This document shows positions 39,281 through 49,260 of a stretch of 64,000 nt of DNA, piece after piece. The notes below the pieces were generated by a model, which had not been told where the DNA came from, ran no database searches, and worked only from the letters and a program-made list of their open reading frames with translations. The first letter of the stretch is position 1; each line of letters begins with the position of its first letter. The stretch lies in the NCBI GenBank assembly GCA_000092065.1, contig CP000598.1, one strand, 5' to 3'. Made by a program: the position numbers and the translations under genes. Source of the DNA: Ostreococcus lucimarinus. Its lineage: Eukaryota.

Positions 39281-40858
39281 TTATCGGCGTCCACCCTCGT
39301 CGAGAAGTCTTTTGATTTCCGCGGTGGGGTACTTTGACTTGTAGACAAAGTGCGGTAAAGGTCCCGCCGGATCGAGATTCTGGACGGGATCTGTTTGAGG
39401 CACCCATATATCAACCTTTCTGAGCCATTTCGCGGATATCGTGAATTGTTTCTCTTCGTGCCCGCCGCCGGGATACGGCCAGATGATCAAGTGCGAATCT
39501 TTCGCGAGGAAAAAGGACGAAAAGCCTACGCCGCCACCCGGGCAGACAAGAGTTGACGCGTTGAGAAATACGTCGATTTGTTCTTCCAAAGTGGTGTCAG
39601 GCGTAATGACGTAGTGCTTGACATTTTCGGCGCCGCGAGTCGATCGCAGCATACCGAGCACTTCCTCTTGATTGTCAAAGTCGTAAAAAGAGTACGAATC
39701 TTCCCGTCGCTTTGTGACGAACACAGTCGCGTTCTTCGAAGCCTTACGTTCGGGGTCGCGCCCGATGTTGCGAATGATGTGATCTCTGTACCCTTCGACG
39801 TCCGAGGCGTTCGCATGTAATATGCGTGCCAAGTGGTCTGGAGATCCAATGACGAGATGTTCGTAACACGTCGTCTCTCCTTGGGCGAGCGCTCGCAACT
39901 CTACGCCTAAAGCCCGCGAGAGAACCTCGACGTGTCTTTCGCACGCGGGGACCGCTAGGTGCGCGGTGTGGGGTAAATTCACCGGGTGGGCCGTCGTACA
40001 ATTCCTCATCACTAGAGCGGTGCGCTTCGTGCTCGCGCTATTCCAATGTGTTGAATACGACGAAGGTGCATCGTCAAGGTTTTGTGACAAGAAACGAAGA
40101 CGCGTCCAAATCCCAAAAAAGTTGTCTGCAAGCATATGCCCCCAGTTTCCAGCGGCAAAATAGGACGCCAACGTGAAAAATCCTTTGAGTTCAATCGGCC
40201 ATTCTCGATTCTTGCCGTTCGCGTCGACGTGAGAGAGTGTGGTTGCGTACTGAATGTCATTGGGCATCGCCGCATCCACGCGTACGACGCCGTACGACAC
40301 ACCAGCGGAGTAGTCACCGCTCGTCGACTGAACCGGATCCACCGCGTACACAACTCCTCGCTCGAGCCCCGCTTGCGTGAGCAATTCTTCGTCTCCAAAC
40401 AATGTCACCTTCGCGACGTATGGCGGGTCCAGAGGAGTCGCGCCGTACGCGGACTGTCTCGGAAACGACACGCAGGCGTGCTTCACGTAACAAGAAAACT
40501 GCGCTTTGCCGTTGACCGCAAAAGTTCTCTCGCAGCGTAGCTTTGACGCTCGGCGGTGCGTTCCCATCGCGCCGTCAACGCTAAACGACGCTGTCTTTGA
40601 GCTGTGAGAAGAGTTGTCAGTGCTCTCTCTCTCGCGCTCTTCACCGACCGAGGTCGTCGACGTCGACCTCGCCTCGACCCGTGGGTTGACGATATGCGAC
40701 GACGTGTCATCAAATCGCACGCGCGCCGTTATCGAGGCGAGAAGACGAGTTTCGCCTCGCCACGTGAGGCAGACGCTCGCGAGCGCGAGCGCGAGGACGA
40801 GGAGAAATAGTCCCGCGCGTCCAGGACGACCAGTGTGACTTCGCAGCGCTGAATCCAT
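39281..40858 (-). CDS. GT61-like (DUF563) glycosyltransferase, membrane anchored.
   Basis: 525 aa. TM LFLLVLALALASVCL. EQIDVFLNASTLVCPGGGVGFSSFFLAKDSHLIIWPYP aligns with EQVSLMSETDLLISSHGADLTNVIFMQRESAVIELFP of 11006-12247 and with the DUF563 motif. Confidence 0.55.
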   Translation of the reverse strand: MDSALRSHTGRPGRAGLFLLVLALALASVCLTWRGETRLLASITARVRFDDTSSHIVNPRVEARSTSTTSVGEERERESTDNSSHSSKTASFSVDGAMGTHRRASKLRCERTFAVNGKAQFSCYVKHACVSFPRQSAYGATPLDPPYVAKVTLFGDEELLTQAGLERGVVYAVDPVQSTSGDYSAGVSYGVVRVDAAMPNDIQYATTLSHVDANGKNREWPIELKGFFTLASYFAAGNWGHMLADNFFGIWTRLRFLSQNLDDAPSSYSTHWNSASTKRTALVMRNCTTAHPVNLPHTAHLAVPACERHVEVLSRALGVELRALAQGETTCYEHLVIGSPDHLARILHANASDVEGYRDHIIRNIGRDPERKASKNATVFVTKRREDSYSFYDFDNQEEVLGMLRSTRGAENVKHYVITPDTTLEEQIDVFLNASTLVCPGGGVGFSSFFLAKDSHLIIWPYPGGGHEEKQFTISAKWLRKVDIWVPQTDPVQNLDPAGPLPHFVYKSKYPTAEIKRLLDEGGRR

Positions 40859-41189
40859 GACACGCGTTCGCGCGCGCGATCGACCGGGTGAATCATGGTG
40901 CCATCGCCGTCGCGAGAGGTGTCTCGCGACGTTTTAAACGCTCGATCGCTTTTGTGAAGTCGTCGAGCTTTGAGGTGCGATGTTTGCAGAATGACCTCTG
41001 AACCCGGCGGCGGTTTGAAGAGTAGTCTACCCGAGGTGCGACTTCATCGTGCGAGTATGTTTGGATCGCGAGTATTTGTACTGCATTACTTAGTACTGTT
41101 ACAAACGTATTCAGAATACTATCACGGCACTATTGCACCGTGTTACGTTCCCGCGCCGACAAAAATTGCAGTCTTTGTCGACGTCGCGA

Positions 41190-42398
41190 TCATCCATCCA
41201 TAATAGTCAACTTATCCCCCGGAAGAATTTCACGGATATCAACGCACGCATCACCTTTAGGTTCGAAATTTTCGTCACACCAAGTACACCCCCCATGATG
41301 TACGCCGAGGCAAGCTGAACAGTTGGCAAAGTGAAGCAAGTACGACGCGACGGCGGCGCCCTTTGCCCGCGGCGGTTTGTGCGCAAACCAATGCTCTAGA
41401 AAGCTGTAATGAAAAACTGGCCCTATGTTTACGACTGGGTTAATCTCTACTTGAAAGTGCGCGTCGGTCACGGTTCGCGCCATGAACGCAGCTAATTCTC
41501 GGAAGAAATCGCTGTGTGGTTTCCCCGCCGCCATGACGCTGCTCAACACGTCTATTTTCGAACTAAAATCAGCCAAAAGAGGAGAGATGACGTCCGGTTT
41601 GCTCGAATCAAAGTGCTGATATATCCCACCGCGACTCTCATCGCCCGGTTCGAGCACCATGAGCGCCTCGAACTCGCTCAAAATTGGCCGCCACGACTTC
41701 TTGCATTCCACGTCCAAGTCAAACGCCAATCCTCCAAACTTTTCAAGTAAAAGCGGTCGCGACATTTCCGCCAATTTCAACCCATGGTTCGATCGCGAGC
41801 TGTTCATTTTACGCACGGCCTCGTCCATGCCCTCGATTCCACTTTCTTTGGCGTACTCGTCCAAAAACTTGGCGATGCCCTTGTCGGTGAAGAACACGTA
41901 TCGCAAATCCGGCATGCACTCGAGGAACGATTTTATAAACGGCGCTTTCACGGCCGGCACGCACGTGGTCTTCCACGTGAGAAATCTCGTGTATTCTCGT
42001 CGCGATGCGCCCTCGCACGCGTATTCGGTTTGCGGGAGATCGTTTCCGCGCAAAACGTACTCGTCCCAAACGCGCGTGGGCGTCGCGCTCGCCGCGCCTT
42101 CTCTCACCTCGCGCACGCGACGAGGCGCGTCGCACGGTGCGTCACCATCGTCGCCGTCTTCGCGCGGATCGTTCGCGAATGCATCGTCGCCGCCGTCGGA
42201 CGTCGCGCGCGCGAATCCACCGTCGCCCCGTCCCGAGGCTCGCGACACGTCGGCGGCGAGCCCAGGGCGCGCGCGCGCCCGCCTCGAGCCCGAGAACAGG
42301 CGTCGTTCGCGCGACGACGCGACGACGCACGCCGTACCGAGCAGCGCGACGGCGATGAAAACGCGCTTACTCCGCCCCGCGCGCACCTTGCCCGTCAT
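41190..42398 (-). CDS. GT32-family (Och1-like) glycosyltransferase, membrane anchored.
   Basis: 402 aa. TM VFIAVALLGTACVVA. AEMSRPLLLEKFGGLAFDLDVECKKSWRPIL matches ADILRYxILYxYGGVYLDTDFECLKP. Confidence 0.65.
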   Translation of the reverse strand: MTGKVRAGRSKRVFIAVALLGTACVVASSRERRLFSGSRRARARPGLAADVSRASGRGDGGFARATSDGGDDAFANDPREDGDDGDAPCDAPRRVREVREGAASATPTRVWDEYVLRGNDLPQTEYACEGASRREYTRFLTWKTTCVPAVKAPFIKSFLECMPDLRYVFFTDKGIAKFLDEYAKESGIEGMDEAVRKMNSSRSNHGLKLAEMSRPLLLEKFGGLAFDLDVECKKSWRPILSEFEALMVLEPGDESRGGIYQHFDSSKPDVISPLLADFSSKIDVLSSVMAAGKPHSDFFRELAAFMARTVTDAHFQVEINPVVNIGPVFHYSFLEHWFAHKPPRAKGAAVASYLLHFANCSACLGVHHGGCTWCDENFEPKGDACVDIREILPGDKLTIMDG

Positions 42399-42594
42399 CG
42401 ACGACGACCGCGCGTTCGCGTTCGCGTTGTGGGGCGACGTCGCGACGGGCGCGCGTTCGCCCCGAGTCGTCGGCGCGCTTCAAAGCTCGACGCGGAGACG
42501 AATTCGATCGATCCGACCATCGCGCACCGCGAATGTCCGACGCGTCACGCGAACCGGCGCGCGTCGAGTAGAGCGACTCGGCGCGCGCGCCGCG

Positions 42595-43395
42595 ATGCGC
42601 GTGCTCGTGCTCGGGTCGAGCGGGTTGATCGGCGCACCCTTGGTGGCTCGTCTTCGTCGCGCCGGTCACGATGTCACGGAATGGGACGTCGCCATGGATC
42701 GCGCGCACGATTTAACGGACGCCGCGAACGTGCCTGGCGCGCGCGACGCGATCGAGTCGAGTGATTTCGTCTTCTTTCTCGCCTTTGACGTCGGCGGCGC
42801 AAAGTACATCAGTACTCCCACCGCGAGTTTCATCCATCGAAACAGTCTCTTGATGGCGAACACGTTTAGTTTACTGCACGGCAAGCGGTTCGTTTTCGCC
42901 TCGAGCACGATGTCAAACATGGACGTCCCTTACGGCACTTTAAAACGTCTCGGCGAGCACTACACGAGCGTGCTCTCTGGAATCTCTGTGCGATTCTGGA
43001 ACGTCTACGGTCCTCAAAAGTACGGCGAGAGATCGCACGTGATCACCGATTTTATTCACAAGCTTCGAACGACCGGTTCGATTACCATGATGACTTCTGG
43101 CGCAGAAAAGCGCCAGTTTCTGCACACAGAAGACTGCGCGCGGTGTTTGGAAACAATCGCCGCGCACTACGACGAGATGCCACCCGTAGTAGACGTCACG
43201 AGTTTCGAGTGGACGACTGTTAGGGAGCTGGCTGAGTTGCTTTGCGATGACGTGGTCGCTCGTAACGACAACCGAGACAGCCACACGAAGTCGAACGAAC
43301 CGAGTCCGTTCATCCTTAGTTACTGGCGCCCCGCGATAAGTTTACGAGAAGGCATCGCGCAACTGCTCGCAGAATCAAGGACGGCGAAACGTTAA
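42595..43395 (+). CDS. NAD(P)-dependent epimerase/reductase of the extended SDR family (RmlD/4-ketoreductase-like).
   Basis: About 266 aa from the ATG at 42595. MRVLVLGSSGLIGAPLVARLRRAGHDV is the Rossmann GxxGxxG. PYGTLKRLGEHY is the YxxxK catalytic dyad. The long upstream part of track ORF 41659-43395 is antisense to the GT32 gene and is spurious. Confidence 0.65.
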   Translation: MRVLVLGSSGLIGAPLVARLRRAGHDVTEWDVAMDRAHDLTDAANVPGARDAIESSDFVFFLAFDVGGAKYISTPTASFIHRNSLLMANTFSLLHGKRFVFASSTMSNMDVPYGTLKRLGEHYTSVLSGISVRFWNVYGPQKYGERSHVITDFIHKLRTTGSITMMTSGAEKRQFLHTEDCARCLETIAAHYDEMPPVVDVTSFEWTTVRELAELLCDDVVARNDNRDSHTKSNEPSPFILSYWRPAISLREGIAQLLAESRTAKR

Positions 43396-43599
43396 AGACG
43401 TAGTGCGCAAAACACGTAGCACTCTTAGTAGTTTAGCAGTAGTGTTCAACTTAGCCGTAAAACGATGCTTTAAGACGCCGAGATGGAGAATGGCTCGTCC
43501 TCACTCCGCAGCGCTTTGTCACGCGAAGACGCTCGCGAGTCAGAAGTACGATGAGACATCACTACAAACCCACACACGTGATCTCACAGTAGCTTTACG

Positions 43600-45117
43600 A
43601 TGCCGCGATTCAGTAGGAAACGCGCGTTGAGCATACTTTTTGCGTGCGTCGTCACGAGTTCGATTTATTTCTACGCTTCGCACACGGGACGTTCGAAAAT
43701 CTCGATAGCAGTCGACGACATCGCGAAACGTGCGAGTGCGCTCCATTCGCCACGCTCGCGAGATGTGGAAAGCTTACGCAGCGTCTCTCGTCGCGCGAGC
43801 CCGGTTGCGAGTTTTGACTTTGAGTTCGCCGAGTTGAAGTTTCAAAGAGTCGTCGACGCGAGCGCCGTCGGCGACGCCGCTTCAACCACGCCGGCGTCTA
43901 TATCGTGCGACTCCGCTATTAACGACTCCGCGCGAGTCTTGACGGATGATTTCAGCGAAATCCTGGCGTGGGCATCGGCGGTGCGGCGCGAGTCGAAACT
44001 AGTGCATCTGGTGAAGTCAGCGACGCCGAGGGTGTTCGTCACCGGCTTGCTACACAACAGCTGCGTGCTCATGCACCACTACGTCGTCGAGGTGTTGAAG
44101 TTTATTCTCCTGTACGGCAACGATGAAGGTTTTGAGAATGTCTTCGTATCCCTGTACTCGAGCGGCGACGGTGACTGCGCGGTGTTGACGCTCGAAGCGT
44201 TCAAAGAACTTTTAGACGCCATCGGCGTTCCAAACGTCATCAAGACTCGGCAACGCGAGCGTATTCCTGGCATGGCGCGCATCGACTTTTTGCAAAGCAT
44301 TCGAAACGCGGCGATGGAACCTTTATATTTGAGTGATACACCGTACGACGAAGTCGTGTTTCTTTCTGACGCATTCTTTTGCGCCGGAGACATTGTGCGC
44401 TTGCTACGTCACACCGAAGCGAGCATCAAGTGTGGATTAGATTTTGATGGTACCACGAACGCGATGAAGTTTCGAGACACGTGGGTCGCGCACGACATGA
44501 GTGGACGCATGTTCACCAAAGAGTTCCCGTTTGTGCACGACGTCGTCTCGTCGCACGCCTTGAACGGCGGGGCACCTTTCCAGGTTTTGTGCTGCTGGAA
44601 TGGCCTACTGACCTTGCGTGCAAAAGTATTTACTGATCTCGGCGTGCGGTTTAGACGCTCTTTAGACGATACAGAGTGTCACGCCGCGGAAACCGAGCTC
44701 ATTTGTCACGATTTTGCGGCGCTTGGACACCCGAAGATGTTGGTTGATCCGCAAGTGACGGTGACGTATACAAAGGCGGAGTACGTCGCGCTGAGTAATT
44801 CGCGCTCGAGCCCGCACTCGTATTCTTTGAGGCGCACAAACATGTTCTCGAATGAGTCGATCGCTACGGTGGAGACGTGGGCAGAGCGCCCGTCGAGCAC
44901 GGAATGTGCCCCACTCGATGGGCACGCGGGCGATCATCCAGACAGAGGACGAATTCGACACGTCGATTGGAACGCGCACTACGCCGAAATGGGTGTTCCT
45001 GTTGCATCGGAGAAGAAGATTACGAGTTTACACGCCTGTGACGGTCCTTCGGCGAGCCAGTGCGTGCTGAGTGGTGGTAAACGCGCATTTGTTTCGCGCG
45101 ACGCGATGAGTAGATGA
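43600..45117 (+). CDS. GT69-family (CAP59/Cmt1 alpha-1,3-mannosyltransferase-like) glycosyltransferase, membrane anchored.
   Basis: 505 aa. TM LSILFACVVTSSIYFY. VVFLSDAFFCAGDIVRLL matches the CAP59 motif I.FLNDVvFc..DiLeLl. QVLCCWNGLLTLRAKVF matches the downstream SCWNG motif. Confidence 0.6.
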   Translation: MPRFSRKRALSILFACVVTSSIYFYASHTGRSKISIAVDDIAKRASALHSPRSRDVESLRSVSRRASPVASFDFEFAELKFQRVVDASAVGDAASTTPASISCDSAINDSARVLTDDFSEILAWASAVRRESKLVHLVKSATPRVFVTGLLHNSCVLMHHYVVEVLKFILLYGNDEGFENVFVSLYSSGDGDCAVLTLEAFKELLDAIGVPNVIKTRQRERIPGMARIDFLQSIRNAAMEPLYLSDTPYDEVVFLSDAFFCAGDIVRLLRHTEASIKCGLDFDGTTNAMKFRDTWVAHDMSGRMFTKEFPFVHDVVSSHALNGGAPFQVLCCWNGLLTLRAKVFTDLGVRFRRSLDDTECHAAETELICHDFAALGHPKMLVDPQVTVTYTKAEYVALSNSRSSPHSYSLRRTNMFSNESIATVETWAERPSSTECAPLDGHAGDHPDRGRIRHVDWNAHYAEMGVPVASEKKITSLHACDGPSASQCVLSGGKRAFVSRDAMSR

Positions 45118-45235
45118 ATAAAACATTCAGATTTGCTGGCAGCGGTGATTGGAACGCTTGCAGTATGACTTTCGTTTGACGTGATGAAACGTGTAGTAAC
45201 CTGTGCATTATAACTATCAACATTTATTACCAATT

Positions 45236-46300
45236 TTAGACTACATTTGAATACAGAAACGTCGACCCGATGACGAGCGCTATGCCGAGAGATGCCGTAA
45301 CGCTCAGGTTGTGTCCGTCGTTGGCGAACACCGTCGTCGCGAGGGCGCAATTACATATGGAAATAGACACGGCAAAGCATTTGAGCACGTTCCCCGCGTA
45401 TCGCAACACCGCCGCGACGACTAAACCACCGGCGGCTTGTAGCGCGATGACGAGCAACACGACGCTGTCGTATCCTTGAAACACGCTTTCGTTCGCGCGC
45501 AAGCGCTCTCCATCGCGCCACACTGATCCAATCAACGCCACTGGAAGTGAAAAGCACGCCAGTTGTGCGTTTCGGAACCATACCGATCGCTTTTGAGCGT
45601 CCACTTCTTTGTACATTTTCTCTAAATACGCCCCCGCGAAACCAGACGTAAACGCGGCGGTGAGCACGGCGACCATACCTCGCAGAGTGTCTTCCGGCCG
45701 CGCTCTATCCGACGGCACATTGCTCCGATGTCCTTCCTCGTTCTGTACCATGATCATCCCACACACGAGCACCAACAACGCTACATATTGTTTACGCGTG
45801 ATTCGCGTTCCCAGGAGCACGACGCTACAAATCGCGCTCGTGAGAATTTTGCTCTGCGAACACACCATGTATGCGGTCGGGCTCAGCAACCGCACGCCCT
45901 CGAAAAGGAGGTTGTTTTGTATCACGTACAGCACCGATGGGACCGCGAGCCGCGTCGCGTTGGATGGCACCTCGCGAAGCGCGTCCCGGGCGGCGCTTTG
46001 TCCGTCGGACGCGACCAACAAAATATAGCTCAAAACGAGTTTGACGAGCTCGGCGCTCGCGATGACTGTGGATACGACGTAAGGCGTCGCGGCTGTTCGA
46101 TACGAAAACTTCGTCATGAGCACCAAGGCGGTGTTTTGGATCGTCAAGATGAAAAGCGCCAGCGCTTGATGCTTTCGCGACGCTGACGAAGTGACTGGAA
46201 CGACGCCTGATGCACGCGTCGTGGTGTTTGCCTTTCGCTCCAGGTAAGGTGCCTGCATATGTCGATTCGCCAACGCTGTTTCGCTGAACGCAATACTCAA
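45236..46300 (-). CDS. Nucleotide-sugar transporter, SLC35A-like (UDP-Gal/UDP-GlcNAc/CMP-Sia type).
   Basis: 354 aa and polytopic. TSGFAGAYLEKMYKEVDAQKRSVWFRNAQLACFS matches the SLC35A signature LSGFAGVYFEK.LK.....S.W.RN.Q. Confidence 0.7.
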   Translation of the reverse strand: MSIAFSETALANRHMQAPYLERKANTTTRASGVVPVTSSASRKHQALALFILTIQNTALVLMTKFSYRTAATPYVVSTVIASAELVKLVLSYILLVASDGQSAARDALREVPSNATRLAVPSVLYVIQNNLLFEGVRLLSPTAYMVCSQSKILTSAICSVVLLGTRITRKQYVALLVLVCGMIMVQNEEGHRSNVPSDRARPEDTLRGMVAVLTAAFTSGFAGAYLEKMYKEVDAQKRSVWFRNAQLACFSLPVALIGSVWRDGERLRANESVFQGYDSVVLLVIALQAAGGLVVAAVLRYAGNVLKCFAVSISICNCALATTVFANDGHNLSVTASLGIALVIGSTFLYSNVV

Positions 46301-46559
46301 CTACACTTCGTTACTGCGATGCGACGTAAACTTCCCGTAGGACAGCGACGTGTCGCGCGAAAATCTTCGCGAGCGCCGAATGAAGATTTCGCCGCGATGC
46401 GTCTCTCGGCCGAAGGATGAGCGGAAGTGTATATCACGCTCGCAGGCGCGATATGTTGTCGAAACTGCGCGGGGCGAAAATTTCACCTGTTGAATTAATT
46501 TCACCGCGTAAAATTTAAGGGCGAGTAAGAGATAGAAATTCCTTGTCGGAATAGCGAGT

Positions 46560-47170
46560 AATTTTCCAATTTTCGCTATTCTTTTTTTTCAAAAGAGATG
46601 GGCCGGAATAAAAACGCTCCGTGCCAACCTCGCGACGCGTTGCGCGCGAACGACGCGCGCTCAACGACGAAAGATCAACGCATGACGTGAGCGAGACACA
46701 ATTTCACGAGCGTGGCGTCGCGACTCGACCGATATCACGGTGGTGCGCGCTCATTCAATTTGAGGTGCTTTTCCAAAAGAGTTAGAACATGATGTTACAA
46801 CAACGACGCACGGCGCGCGCGACTGCCCGCTATCGACTATGAAACGGTTGAAAACGATGCGCGCGCGTTACTGTTAATTAATGCGCGTCACGGCTTCCAC
46901 CATCGCGCGCGGCACTGGCGCGGCGACGGTGACGCTTCGAATTGTTTTTCAAAAGAGATAGCCGGAAGAGCGTTGTCGGCATAAGACCCCCTAAAAATTA
47001 ACTCGTCACGTGACGAGTCGTCGCTATGCGAACAAGATCCTTGTCCGCGTAAATCGGCCCGATTTACGCGGATAAAAAGCTTGTCCGCATAAGATTTACG
47101 CGGATAAGCCATCTCTTATGAAAAAAAACGGCCCTTATCCGCGTAAATCGCCGATTCTATTTTCGAATTT
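46560..47170. repeat. Cluster of short inverted/direct repeats including a perfect palindrome (tccgcgtaaatcgg cc cgatttacgcgga) and ttttcaaaagagat..gccgga direct repeats. Possibly a MITE-like element or a regulatory hairpin array.
   Basis: The motif ccgcgtaaat / atttacgcgg occurs at least 4 times in both orientations within 150 bp (47040-47160). ttttcaaaagagatgggccggaa (46574) recurs as tttttcaaaagagatagccggaa (46941). Confidence 0.5.
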
Positions 47171-47242
47171 CGCATCTCTTAGTCGGCCTAACGCGGTTAA
47201 CGTTCATCTAGACCGACGGTCGGGTATGTCCTGGTAAAACCG

Positions 47243-48436
47243 TTGTCGCACTCTGAGGCCCCGCGCACATTCGACAGACGTCGCTGTTTTGAAGCGATGC
47301 GAAACAAACGAAGGACGCGACGGCTTCGTATCACGGTGATTTCCATTACGCTGGCGTCATCCATGTCGTTCATCATGTACCGTAGTCTTTCGTCGTCGTC
47401 GTCGTCGTTGAAAACGCACCGTGACGACGTCTCGCCACTTGAACGTTCAATCGCTGACGTCGTGCGCGACTTAAAGGCTACGCGCGAGCGTGTGTTGCGC
47501 GATGTTTTAGCGACCGCAGTGAGTACGGATACGACGGATGCGCGAGAGGTCGAAAACAGTTCGCCGATCGCGGACGCGCTCGATCAAGCGAAGCGAATCA
47601 TCGAGAACTTTGACCGCGCTGGTCGCTCGAACGCCAGAGAGGATGAAGCCGAATCACTCGAGACGTTACGTAGTGTAGTCGAGAGCGTGAGTGATGTACA
47701 ACGTTTAGCGGCAAATCCGAATTCGCCGGTGGTGAGGCGCGCGAAGAAGCGTTCAGAGCTGTTCAACAGAATTCACGACGCAAATTTATGGGGCAGCGCG
47801 GAGTCGAGATCCGGGGGCGGTTCGACGAAAGCGACGACGAGTACCGCGGCGAGATGTATCGGCGAATGGATTCGAAAGTATGACATCAAGACTTTCTTGG
47901 ACTTGCCGTGCGGCGACGCGAATTGGCAAGCAGGCATCCCTGGGATTGAGAACGTAAGATACACTGGCATGGATATAAGCGTCGGCGCGCTCGAGACGGC
48001 GAAGACGCGCATGTCTGAGGTTCAAACCGATATCGACGATTTTCGCACGCATGATATCGTCGCGTTACCTATGCGCCAACGTTACGACGCCATCATGCAT
48101 CGCGACGTCGTGCAACACTTGTCTTACGAAGAAGCCCTGCGAGGTTTGTCCAATTTCGCGAAGAGCGGTTCGACGTACTTCATCGTCAGCACGCACCCGA
48201 AATCGACGGAGCGAGGCGTGGAATCGGACGTCGGTGTAGCGCGCGATATTGGATACACGTATCAAAACAACATGCAGTCGGAGCCATTCAACTTCCCGCC
48301 GCCGTTGGAAATGTGCGACAACTACGCGAACAACGACGCTTCAAAGATTGCGATTTGGAGAATCGCGGACCTTCCGAATTTCGAACGTAAGCTCGCGCAT
48401 ATTTCAACGCACGAAAGCGGCGCGCGAAAGATTTGA
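47243..48436 (+). CDS. Class I SAM-dependent methyltransferase, membrane anchored.
   Basis: 397 aa. TM ITVISITLASSMSFIMY. Motif I FLDLPCGDANW. Motif II YDAIMHRDVVQHL. Motif III FAKSGSTYFIVS. Confidence 0.6.
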   Translation: MSHSEAPRTFDRRRCFEAMRNKRRTRRLRITVISITLASSMSFIMYRSLSSSSSSLKTHRDDVSPLERSIADVVRDLKATRERVLRDVLATAVSTDTTDAREVENSSPIADALDQAKRIIENFDRAGRSNAREDEAESLETLRSVVESVSDVQRLAANPNSPVVRRAKKRSELFNRIHDANLWGSAESRSGGGSTKATTSTAARCIGEWIRKYDIKTFLDLPCGDANWQAGIPGIENVRYTGMDISVGALETAKTRMSEVQTDIDDFRTHDIVALPMRQRYDAIMHRDVVQHLSYEEALRGLSNFAKSGSTYFIVSTHPKSTERGVESDVGVARDIGYTYQNNMQSEPFNFPPPLEMCDNYANNDASKIAIWRIADLPNFERKLAHISTHESGARKI

Positions 48437-48439
48437 CGT

Positions 48440-49260
48440 TAGCGTAGCGCGGGTTGTCATTCGCCACCACGCGCTCGAGCGTCGCGCGCGGCGACGCGCG
48501 GCGCGACGCTCGAGCGCGCATCGACCGGCGTCGCTCGTTCGCACCAAACCGCGCGCCAAACGCGCGCGGCGCGTTCGAACGTCGCCGTCGCGCGCGTCGC
48601 GAGAAAAGGCGCGAAATCACACGCGCGCGCGGCGCTAAGATTGCGTGTCCACGTGATCGTATTGCAGTGATCCAAACGACCGTGTGAATAAAACTCGAAA
48701 CACCATAAAAACCAACGCCGCGCCCGCGTCGCGCGCGGCGTCGCGCGTCGCCGCGCGCGAGGGCGTCTCGGGGTTGGGCGTCGCGCGCGTCGAGCGACGC
48801 GCCGCTCGCGGACGGGCGAATCGAATCGTGCGCGCGCGCGGCGCGCACGTCGCGCGGCGCGCGGCTTGCGGCGCACGTCGCGCGGCGTGCGCGCGGCGAG
48901 AGGTCGCGCGGCGCGCGGTCGCGCGCGCGCGCGACGAATTCGACGACGTTCCGTGAGCCGCATTCCGCGTCGTCATCCATCGACGCTCACGGCGTCGGGA
49001 TCGCGACGACGACGCGCGCGCGCGGTGCGTTAGGTGCGTCGTGTTGTTGAATAGTGCGCGAGCGCGTCGGTGCGCGTCGGGGCGATCGCCGCGCGCGTGT
49101 GGCGAGCAAACACGCGTCGGGCGCTCTGATAGATTTGATTTGATTTGTTTGATGTGTTTGATTTGATTAGTGATATTGAAGTCGCCGTCGGCGCGGCGCG
49201 TCCGCGGTTCGGTCATCGCTACCGCGAAGACACCGCGGGACCACCGGTGCATTCAGCTGG
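48440..49260. repeat. GC-rich CGCG low-complexity block with overlapping Arg/Ala-rich spurious ORFs on both strands. It ends in a (GATTT/GTTT)n microsatellite at about 49130-49175.
   Basis: cgcgcg-dominated sequence. The six-frame track shows 8 overlapping R-rich ORFs with no domain-like content. Confidence 0.6.

Noticed and set aside
41659-42594. The N-terminal 312 codons of the 578-aa plus-strand ORF
   Set aside because: It is antisense to the GT32 gene and low complexity (R/A/S-rich). Only the part from the ATG at 42595 has SDR motifs.
48288-49252. 230-aa and 205-aa minus-strand ORFs and several plus-strand ORFs
   Set aside because: Same CGCG low-complexity artefact as above.
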